64,000 nucleotides of DNA from Candidatus Caccalectryoclostridium excrementigallinarum (GTDB taxonomy: Bacteria > Bacillota > Clostridia > Christensenellales > UBA3700), in assembly GCA_018714485.1 (NCBI GenBank), contig DVNJ01000024.1:15806-79805 (forward strand). Direction: 5' to 3'. Below, piece by piece: positions 36,201-42,646 of the stretch. The number at the start of each line of letters is the position of its first letter. Positions within the stretch are counted from its first letter, which is position 1. Below the pieces are notes generated by a model, which saw only the letters and a program-made list of their open reading frames with translations, did not search any database and was not told the DNA's origin. The position numbers and the translations under genes were made by a program.

Positions 36201-36457
36201 TGGAGATATCCAATACCACCGATTATATCTTCTCTCCCGACAGAGTGAACGGCAACGGAACGACGGAGAAGGTGGATTACATCTTTGTCAAGGACGGCGA
36301 GAGCATTCTCGATGCGCTCGGCAAGCTGAACATAAACACGAGTTATGCCTTCTTCACCGACAGCTTGTGCACGACGGAAGTCACCAAGGACTTGCTCGCC
36401 GACGCGAGCAGCGGTTCCACCACGGTCTATGTGGGGAATGCGCCCGTGACGGCTTGA
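33287..36457 (+). CDS. 1056-aa surface lipoprotein with Ig/Fn3-like modules and a Tyr/Asn/Thr-rich C-terminal region
   Basis: MKKILKISVLVLIVAIVSVGLLAAC has a classic LAAC lipobox. Repeated W.PV..AE.YV.SV strand motifs (FYWAPVAGAEYYVMSV; VLWSPVDDAEKYVVSV). Monocistronic, with its own promoter and terminator. Confidence 0.7.
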   Translation: MKKILKISVLVLIVAIVSVGLLAACEDPVTPGVPDVQQESNDVFYWAPVAGAEYYVMSVDDGENQTIAATSATVHEDNAEYAAMRFKLDTSALTAGVHSVKFAAGAGELVSEFGKSFRVVVGSGFVAAPEVWFNGDTIYVNTAAPTVDVTFTANNSPVTVTYERGVDDVTPIELNIEELLGSTELEDGVTYVVTATAKDGEVSSDASRAVKFTYSAPDKQYAKPAVSLELADEPYLIFNNDVTEGATVTFDLGGKYYSAEYNGTSDGSLTMSPISYFMDDELNAVMIANAGTEMQFSFRVDYVDYAASEPAIASEWSDPVTLSIPAVELEDWLDNYFDYAIGSLGNGTVAVVDKTVGTALEGSVTVEVKMNETPVEATVGNDSVKVYKAEVSEGVNTVEMIFTWGEQTYSVQEKFEVGEKVYGLHINGSNVLWSPVDDAEKYVVSVTGDPYGNAYTNEYETETTSFDFDEVASYDDYAVGMYEVTVYAVVDGVNCAESEVLSLRRAAAPQGYNLSESADSFTVYNDEYYNYNLIVKANGVEISHDTYNERNYIISKDRLYNSANGTLEIEFYYEGNDLDMLDSRPATYSFEVSDKLDYRIVDGDKIEIIGADLVNDHVYVNGTSYSAGSSNGYVTEDGMFEILDYVADNSDSVGIMGTVKVMPSFGAIAPYDVNLRARGFTINVNSNRAATPSLTTDYDQVDAIVWDGNDNNTYGELERGKQGTWEYIIEYTDADGNSTSEADSGTIVNYDTCGASVDMSGFEDPGVYTISIRAKGTGNKFSSRYTTATYLIFDEIDTQINTGADSSYVSVSRQGSVLDYYIAGYDYQYRYYHSSYSWITTSDTYTTTSLYTDGYRFDSYMSNSSYNIASVTFEMNLSTNANYVFYKALPDKTVEMDRIYVDYNNYNYDAIYYVTEGGNAQAAWVRPELYTTGGDVYYTVMTRTENYSGWDYTSHYTTGSTMTLNNTTYVKVEISNTTDYIFSPDRVNGNGTTEKVDYIFVKDGESILDALGKLNINTSYAFFTDSLCTTEVTKDLLADASSGSTTVYVGNAPVTA

Positions 36458-36486
36458 TCGAACAAAGTTCAGGCGCACGAAACAAA

Positions 36487-36515
36487 GGGGACGGCTCAGC
36501 CGTCCCCGATTTTTT
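36487..36515. terminator. bidirectional terminator (lipoprotein gene / GH27 gene)
   Basis: ggggacggc / gccgtcccc stem followed by gaTTTTTT. The complement is followed by TTTGTTT. Confidence 0.75.
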
Positions 36516-36552
36516 CGATGAAAGTTAGCGTTAAGTTTTTGCGCTTTTCAAA

Positions 36553-38187
36553 TTATTTTTGCGGCGCGAGGATAAAGACCTTGCAGTCGTTTTTCTCCAC
36601 CTGCGCCTTGAGAGAGGTCGTTATCTTTTCCCTCTTGCCGCTCCAAACCTCTTCGCAGTCGTATGCCTTCGCCCGCTCGAGCTTGACGTAGCCGTCCGCG
36701 CAGAGCTTTTCCGTGTCTATGCTCACCTCGCGCCTTCCGCCCTTGTTGAAGAAGCATACCGCCCATCTTCCGCCCGAGAGGGGACGCGCGAGAATGTCGG
36801 CGGCGCCCTTTTTGACGCGCTTTGCGGGAATGCCCAACTCGTCCTGATCGATGGCGATGAGCTTTTTGTTGGTGACTATCTTCAAGACGTCTTCCTTCAT
36901 GACCCTGAGATCGTTGCCCAAGATGAGCGGCGAGCACATCATGCACCAGAGCGCGAAGTGACTGCGGTTTTGCTCGGGCGTGAGGCTGCCGTTGCCCACT
37001 TCGAGCATGTCGGGATCATTCCAATTCCCCTTTTGAGAATACTTGTAAAGTTTGACGTTGCGCTCATAGATCATCTTCATCCATTGCCACCAAGGGCGTA
37101 TGTCCATGGTGGTGCGCCAAAGGTTGCCCGCCGACGCGCCCCATTTCCAAGGCTTGTTCACGCCCCATTCGCAGATGGAAAAGACGATGGGCTTGACCTC
37201 GCGTCCTTCTTCCTCCGCCACGCGCTGCGCCGCCTCTTTGAGCATTTGTCCCATATATTGATATTGTATCATGGCGCTGTCCGCGCGCGTGGCGACGGGA
37301 TTGAAGAGGCTTATGGTGTTTGCGCCCTCTTTGAGGTCGACGAATGCCTGATAACGCGCGGTGAGATTGAAGGGCTTTTGCGAGGGGATCTCAAAGCGGC
37401 AGTAATTGTCGCCGTTGACGTAGGCGATGAGGAATTTCTCGTAAAATCCCTTTTTGAGGATATTGATGGTGAGGACGTATCTGCCCGCCTTGGGAACGAC
37501 GACGTTCTTAAAGACCGCCTTGCCGCTCGCGCCGTCCAAGCCGGAGATATACATGCCGCCGGGAAGGCGCTTGTCGGGCATGAGCTTCGCCGTGCCGTAT
37601 AAAAGCGCGTCTTCGCAGCTCACCGTGAGCGCGTCCCGCTCGCCCGCGGGAGCGAGGGATATCGAATAGACGAGGGGAGCATACTTGCTTATCCGTTCGT
37701 TGTGGCAAAAGTCGTATTTGAAATATTCCACGCCCCATTTGGCGAAAGTGTAAGCGTCCGTCTTTTCGTGGTGAAGCCCTGCGGGCAGGTCTTCGCAGGT
37801 GAAAGTCCCGTTGCTCGAATATATGCCCACTTTCAGCCCCATCGCGTTGAGCTTTTTGACGAGGTCGGGAATGCCCGCGGGGAAGCGGGTGAGGTCGCCT
37901 TGAAGTTTTCCGTCCTCATCGCGCATGGACGAATGCCAGCAGTCGTCCAAGTTGATATATTCATATCCCGCTTCGATAAGTCCGTTGTCCTTCATCGCCT
38001 GCGCCGTTTCCAAGAGCAGCTTATCGTCGATATTGTTGCGGAAGGTGTTCCAGCTCGACCAGCCCATGGGCGGAGTGAGCGCCGCGCCGTTTTCGTATTT
38101 TTTGTCGTAAAAAACGTCGGTGACGTCGCTGCGACGGGTGAAGAGTTTTTTCAGATAACAAAGGGGGCACATGCCGTTTCTTCTCAT
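36553..38187 (-). CDS. GH27 alpha-galactosidase / alpha-N-acetylgalactosaminidase family enzyme, cytoplasmic
   Basis: TPPMGWSSWNTF and YEYINLDDCW (nucleophile Asp block), plus C-terminal beta-sandwich domains. No signal peptide. Confidence 0.85.
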   Translation of the reverse strand: MRRNGMCPLCYLKKLFTRRSDVTDVFYDKKYENGAALTPPMGWSSWNTFRNNIDDKLLLETAQAMKDNGLIEAGYEYINLDDCWHSSMRDEDGKLQGDLTRFPAGIPDLVKKLNAMGLKVGIYSSNGTFTCEDLPAGLHHEKTDAYTFAKWGVEYFKYDFCHNERISKYAPLVYSISLAPAGERDALTVSCEDALLYGTAKLMPDKRLPGGMYISGLDGASGKAVFKNVVVPKAGRYVLTINILKKGFYEKFLIAYVNGDNYCRFEIPSQKPFNLTARYQAFVDLKEGANTISLFNPVATRADSAMIQYQYMGQMLKEAAQRVAEEEGREVKPIVFSICEWGVNKPWKWGASAGNLWRTTMDIRPWWQWMKMIYERNVKLYKYSQKGNWNDPDMLEVGNGSLTPEQNRSHFALWCMMCSPLILGNDLRVMKEDVLKIVTNKKLIAIDQDELGIPAKRVKKGAADILARPLSGGRWAVCFFNKGGRREVSIDTEKLCADGYVKLERAKAYDCEEVWSGKREKITTSLKAQVEKNDCKVFILAPQK

Positions 38188-38227
38188 AATTTCCTGCCTT
38201 TTGCCTTGCGGCGGTTTTTTCGACTAA

Positions 38228-38256
38228 ATGATACAATAAAGCGTCGGAATTGTCAA
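38228..38256 (-). promoter_or_regulatory. sigma-70 promoter for the GH27 gene
   Basis: On the minus strand: TTGACA (38251-38256), a 17-nt spacer, then TATCAT (38228-38233). Confidence 0.75.
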
Positions 38257-38258
38257 CA

Positions 38259-38287
38259 GAAAAAGAAAAAGCGCGTTAAAACGCGCT
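38259..38287 (-). terminator. terminator after the small membrane protein gene
   Basis: agcgcgtt / aacgcgct stem followed on the minus strand by TTTTTCTTTTT. Confidence 0.7.
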
Positions 38288-38520
38288 CAAAGCAGGTAAA
38301 AAAATCCGCCCGCCGCGCCGAGCGCGCCGCAGGCGAAGACCGCCCATGCGGGCAGATAATGCCCCGCCGCCATGGGAAGAAAGACGACAAGCGCGCCCAA
38401 AAGACAGTTTATCCCCGCAAGAGCGGCGGCTCTTTTCCGCCCGCCGAGAAGGAAGAGAGAAAGAGAAGAAAGCGCCGCTCCCGCGACGAGCAGCATGATA
38501 TATTCGGGCAAAGTGCGCAT
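38287..38520 (-). CDS. small (77 aa) two-TM membrane protein
   Basis: MRTLPEYIMLLVAGAALSSLSLFLLGG...LPAWAVFACGALGAAGGFFYLL has two hydrophobic helices and its own terminator. The start is uncertain; the track ORF runs to 38622 and would overlap the apgM start. Confidence 0.4.
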   Translation of the reverse strand: MRTLPEYIMLLVAGAALSSLSLFLLGGRKRAAALAGINCLLGALVVFLPMAAGHYLPAWAVFACGALGAAGGFFYLL

Positions 38521-38620
38521 AATATAATTTACGGCGCGCGGGTAAAATAAATGCGCGAAAGATTGACAATCACGGCGCAAACGGCTATCATAATGATAAA
38601 GACTCTCTTGGGAGAAAGAC

Positions 38621-39829
38621 ATGAAATACGTTGTTATTTTGGGCGACGGTATGGCGGATTATCCCGTCGAGGCTTTGGGAGGCAAAACGCCTCTTCAAGT
38701 CGCCCGTAAGCCGCATATAGACGAGCTGTCCCGCTTGGGCGAGACGGGGTTGGTCAAGACGGTCCCCGACGGCATGAAGCCGGGGAGCGACGTCGCCAAC
38801 CTCGCCGTCATGGGTTACGATCCGCAAAAGTGTTACACGGGCAGATCGCCCCTCGAAGCGCTGAGCATGGGCGTGAAGATGGCGGACGACGATATCGCCG
38901 TGCGCTGCAACCTGGTGACCCTTTCGGACGAAAAGGATTACGAAGACAAGAGAATGCTCGATTATTCGGGCGGAGAGATAAGCACAAGTGAGGCTGCGCT
39001 GCTCATCGCCGAAGTGCAAAAGGCGTTCGGAGACGAACTGCATGAATTTGTCGCCGGCGTGAGTTACCGCCATTGCCTGATCAGGCACCGCTCGCTCACG
39101 GGCACGAACTATACGCCCCCTCACGACATCTCCGACAAGCCGATAAAGGGGCACCTGCCCTCGGGCAGATACGGAGAAGAGGCGCTCGCGCTGATGAAGG
39201 CGTCCTATGAGCTTTTGAAGGATCACCCCGTCAACAAAAAGCGCGTCGCCGAGGGAAAGCGCCCCGCCAATTCTATCTGGCTCTGGGGCGAAGGAACGCG
39301 CCCGTCCCTGCAAAACTTCAAGGAGCGCTGGGGCATGCAGGGCGCGGTCATCTCCGCGGTCGACCTGGTCAAGGGGATAGGAAAGGGCGCGGGAATGCGC
39401 GTCATCGAGGTCAAGGGCGCGACGGGCAATTACGACACCGACTTTTCCGCCAAGGCGCGCGCGGCGATCGAGGCGCTCGATAGCGGCGTCGATTATGTCT
39501 ATATCCATATGGAAGCGCCCGACGAATGCGGTCATCAGGGAGACGTCTCCCACAAGATATATTCCATCGAGCAAATAGACGGCAAGGTGGTCAAATATCT
39601 CAAAGAAGAGCTTGACGGGCGCGGCGGGGATTATTCGCTGCTGATAATGCCCGATCATCCCACGCCCATATGCCTGAAAACGCATGTGAGCGACCCCGTT
39701 CCCTTTGTCCTTTACCGCAAGGGCGACAAGGGCAGCGGCGTGCCTTACGACGAGGAAAACGCCAAAAAAAGCGGAATATATTTTAATTCGGGAGAAGAGC
39801 TGGCGAGGCATTTTCTCCGAGGCAGGTGA
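38621..39829 (+). CDS. apgM: cofactor-independent phosphoglycerate mutase, archaeal-type (ApgM)
   Basis: MKYVVILGDGMADYP..., GSDVANLAVMGYDP and HMEAPDECGH blocks of the ApgM/metalloenzyme family, 402 aa. Confidence 0.9.
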   Translation: MKYVVILGDGMADYPVEALGGKTPLQVARKPHIDELSRLGETGLVKTVPDGMKPGSDVANLAVMGYDPQKCYTGRSPLEALSMGVKMADDDIAVRCNLVTLSDEKDYEDKRMLDYSGGEISTSEAALLIAEVQKAFGDELHEFVAGVSYRHCLIRHRSLTGTNYTPPHDISDKPIKGHLPSGRYGEEALALMKASYELLKDHPVNKKRVAEGKRPANSIWLWGEGTRPSLQNFKERWGMQGAVISAVDLVKGIGKGAGMRVIEVKGATGNYDTDFSAKARAAIEALDSGVDYVYIHMEAPDECGHQGDVSHKIYSIEQIDGKVVKYLKEELDGRGGDYSLLIMPDHPTPICLKTHVSDPVPFVLYRKGDKGSGVPYDEENAKKSGIYFNSGEELARHFLRGR

Positions 39830-39831
39830 GC

Positions 39832-41958
39832 ATGAAAAGACGTAACAGAAGACCCGACGACACGTTCAGCGCGCTTTTCGGAACGAGCGAGGCGAGCGCG
39901 GACGAGGTGAGGGAAGAGGCTTGCGCCGAAAGCGCCGAAGAGGCGGAGGAAAGGGAAGAAGCCTTAAAGCCTGCTCCCGAGGGCGAAGAGGGCGGCGAAG
40001 AGAGCTTTAAGGAAGCTCCCGCAGAAACTCCCGAAGAAAAGCCCGAAGAGACGTCCGAAGAAGCGCCCGAGGAAACGTCCGAAGAAGCGTCCGAGGAAAC
40101 GCCCGAAGAAGCGCCCGAGCCCGAGGAGAAAACGCGGGAAGAGGGCGCCGAGGAGCCTTCGGGCGAGGAAGAGTCTCCCGCGGGCGAAGAAGCCGGAGAG
40201 GAGACGCTCATCGAAGAGGGCGAGAGCGAAGAAAAGGGCAAGAAACGCAAGCGCTCGGGGAAGGTCAAAGAGCCTATGCCGCGCAAGAAGAAAGTCGTCA
40301 TCGGCGTGGTGGCGGCGCTGCTCATCGTCGCCGTGCTGGCGGCGGTCATCGTTCCCGTGACCATCTTTTTCGTGAACAATCAGGTGGTGTCTTCCGCCGA
40401 GGATCTGCTCGCGCTCGATTGGAACGCTTTGGGCGGCAAGAAAGTTTATCTGCAAAAGGACATAACCGTGGATGGCGATCTCGAGATCCCCGCCGCGGCG
40501 ACGATAGATCTCAACAAGCATACTCTCACCGTGAACGGCGCGCTCAAAATAAGCGCGGCGGGTGACGTTGCGATCGGAACGGTGACGCGCGACGGCTTTA
40601 ACGAAAAGGGCGCGCTGAAAGTGACCGCGCTGCAAGCGGATATGGCGGAAGGGGCCTTTGCCGTTTATGCCGACACGACGATCGGCGAAGGCTCGATAAG
40701 CGCGGCGAGAGCCGTGCTCGACGGCAGCGTGCATTTGGGCGGCGAACTTCTCATCGCTGCGGATAAGGCGGAAGTGCCCGGCGCCGTGGACGGCGGCGAG
40801 GGCGCGGCGATCTCCTTCACGGGCGGCGACGTGCTGGTAAGGGGCAACGTGCTCGTGCCCGCGCTTCTGAAGGGGGGCGCATATGCCGAGATCAAGGGCG
40901 AGACGGCGGACGTCACCGCGGACGGGCAGTCTTACGTCGTGCTTTCGGGTAAGGCGAAGTCGGTCGTGGGCGGCAAGGGCGTGCTCGCGCTCAAAAACTT
41001 CGAGTGCGGATATTTTATCGGCGCGGAAAAGCTCGGCGTGTTCGTGGCGTCCTGCTCGGGCAACGAGATCTTCGAGGACGTGGGCGACATCTTCTATATC
41101 GAGCAGCTCGAAACTCCTCCCGCGGCGCAGGTGGACATGCGCGGCGACAACGTCATTCTGACGGTGACGGAAGTGGAGCATTCCGAGGAAGCGGATTTTT
41201 CCTATACGGTAACGGTAAACGACACCACCTTCGAAGACGTCACGGGTAACGAAGTCGACATAACTTCCGCCGTGACGGGCGCGGGGATATATAACATCTT
41301 CATCGTCGCGCAGGGCAACTTCGAAAAAAGCGAAGAGGGTAAATACGACTTCGATTCCTTCACCAAGGACGTATATTATATCGACAGCCTGCCTTGCGGC
41401 TTGAAATACGAGCATACCTTCACGCTCGATACGCCAGACAACCTCTCCGTCACCGAGAGCGAAGGCGGCATAACCGTCAAATTCAACGCCGTGCCCTTTG
41501 CCGATTATTACTATGTGTTCGTGGGCGACGGGGAAGCGATGCGCGCGGATACGAACGAACTGTTCATCGAAAACTCGCTGCTTAGCGCCGGCTCCAACTC
41601 CATATACGTTCAGGCTTTGAGCGACAACGAACAGATCTTCGCCAGCGGCAAGGCTTTGACGAGCTATGTCAAATACGAAAAGCTCGCCACGCCTTCCGTG
41701 GGTACTCCCGTGGTGAACGGCAAGGAAGTCGCCGTGAGCTGGGGCAAGACGGATAATTCGCCCGCGCGCATGTTTGAAGTCAAATTCACTTACAACACGG
41801 CGACGGGAAGCGCGGAGAAGATAGTCTTCACGACCGCGGTCGATCTCACCGTAACGCTCGACGACCTCGCCGAAGGCTCGCAGGTGAGCGTGAGCATAAA
41901 AGCCGTCGGCTACGGCTATTATACGGACAGCGACGCGGGAGTCGCCGTCGCGCAGTAA
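39832..41958 (+). CDS. type II membrane protein: acidic disordered cytoplasmic N-terminus, one TM, large extracellular beta-rich domain
   Basis: The N-terminal 150 aa are Glu/Pro/Ala-rich with EETSEEAP-type repeats. TM helix is VVIGVVAALLIVAVLAAVIVPVTIFFV. Fn3-like strands occur near the C-terminus (ITVKFNAVPFADYYYVFVG; VAVSWGKTDNSPARMFEVKFTY). GTG 39826, overlapping the apgM stop, is an alternative start. Confidence 0.65.
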   Translation: MKRRNRRPDDTFSALFGTSEASADEVREEACAESAEEAEEREEALKPAPEGEEGGEESFKEAPAETPEEKPEETSEEAPEETSEEASEETPEEAPEPEEKTREEGAEEPSGEEESPAGEEAGEETLIEEGESEEKGKKRKRSGKVKEPMPRKKKVVIGVVAALLIVAVLAAVIVPVTIFFVNNQVVSSAEDLLALDWNALGGKKVYLQKDITVDGDLEIPAAATIDLNKHTLTVNGALKISAAGDVAIGTVTRDGFNEKGALKVTALQADMAEGAFAVYADTTIGEGSISAARAVLDGSVHLGGELLIAADKAEVPGAVDGGEGAAISFTGGDVLVRGNVLVPALLKGGAYAEIKGETADVTADGQSYVVLSGKAKSVVGGKGVLALKNFECGYFIGAEKLGVFVASCSGNEIFEDVGDIFYIEQLETPPAAQVDMRGDNVILTVTEVEHSEEADFSYTVTVNDTTFEDVTGNEVDITSAVTGAGIYNIFIVAQGNFEKSEEGKYDFDSFTKDVYYIDSLPCGLKYEHTFTLDTPDNLSVTESEGGITVKFNAVPFADYYYVFVGDGEAMRADTNELFIENSLLSAGSNSIYVQALSDNEQIFASGKALTSYVKYEKLATPSVGTPVVNGKEVAVSWGKTDNSPARMFEVKFTYNTATGSAEKIVFTTAVDLTVTLDDLAEGSQVSVSIKAVGYGYYTDSDAGVAVAQ
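40045..40116 (+). repeat. three tandem 24-nt in-frame repeats
   Basis: gaagagacgtccgaagaagcgccc / gaggaaacgtccgaagaagcgtcc / gaggaaacgcccgaagaagcgccc encode EETSEEAP EETSEEAS EETPEEAP. Confidence 0.9.
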
Positions 41959-41972
41959 AGAAAAGACCTTTG

Positions 41973-41998
41973 ACGCGCCCTTCGGGGCGCGTTTTTTT
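41973..41998 (+). terminator. intrinsic terminator
   Basis: acgcgccc-ttcg-gggcgcgt followed by TTTTTTT. Confidence 0.8.
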
Positions 41999-42035
41999 GA
42001 GTTAAGCCGCAATAAAGCCTTTTTGGCGATTTCCG

Positions 42036-42044
42036 TGCTATAAT
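42036..42044 (+). promoter_or_regulatory. extended -10 element TGcTATAAT
   Basis: TG at 42036-42037 and TATAAT at 42039-42044. The -35 is weak. A leader hairpin ggtaaaa/ttttacc follows at 42051-42069. Confidence 0.45.
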
Positions 42045-42096
42045 AAGCATGGTAAAACCGCGTTTTACCGCAAATATCAAGAAAAAAGGGAAGGAA

Positions 42097-42360
42097 ATGA
42101 AAAGGATATCTCTCATCGCCGTGGGTCACGACCATAACAACTCCTTTGTGACGGCATATGACACCGAGGCGAAATACGGCAGCGGCGAAGAAGTGCTGCT
42201 CTCTTACGGCAGGACGTCGGGCGTGAACGCCTGGTCGCGCGACATACCCATCGGCGCGAGCGTTTACACGGTGCATACGGACAAGACGGCGGCGACGGAC
42301 ATTTACGACATCTCCGTTGTCTTCCCCTCCTTCAAGTATGCCGAAAAGGGCAACAGGTAA
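42097..42360 (+). CDS. orphan 87-aa protein
   Basis: ATG 42097 has an AAGGGAAGG SD and the gene has its own terminator. Sequence is MKRISLIAVGHDHNNSFVTAYDTEAKYG... No family recognised. Confidence 0.45.
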   Translation: MKRISLIAVGHDHNNSFVTAYDTEAKYGSGEEVLLSYGRTSGVNAWSRDIPIGASVYTVHTDKTAATDIYDISVVFPSFKYAEKGNR

Positions 42361-42376
42361 GTAAAAAACGCGGGCA

Positions 42377-42407
42377 GGGGCGGGATATCCGCCCCTTTCT
42401 TTATTTT
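42377..42407 (+). terminator. intrinsic terminator
   Basis: ggggcgg / ccgcccc stem followed by a T-rich tail. Confidence 0.75.
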
Positions 42408-42573
42408 CTCCGCAAAGTAGCAGCGCTTTTTCGCCGCTTTCGCGCCCGAAAAAAGAGCTGCCGCTTTCGTCGGTTTTTCTTTGAAAGAAAGGCTGCCGCG
42501 CGGCGCGGACATTTACGCCGATATGGCGAAGGCGCGCAGTTTATAGTCACTCGGCAAGATATGCAACAGTCTA

Positions 42574-42602
42574 TTGACTTTTGCCCTTATGTCTGTTATA
42601 AT
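42574..42602 (+). promoter_or_regulatory. sigma-70 promoter for the MMPL transporter gene
   Basis: TTGACT (42574-42579), a 17-nt spacer, then TATAAT (42597-42602). Confidence 0.75.
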
Positions 42603-42646
42603 TCCCGTATAGGAGGCGTTTTCTTATTCCTTGACGGAATAAGGCG

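Noticed and set aside
39964-42276. 770-aa minus-strand ORF, plus similar long antisense ORFs at 3145-4419, 14933-16705, 27555-29510, 33269-34816, 36559-37602, 43589-44806, 46050-47345, 55358-56728 and 58725-60149
   Set aside because: All lie opposite genes with clear family signatures or signal peptides, show R/G/A/H/D-rich low-information sequence, and cross promoters or terminators of the real genes.
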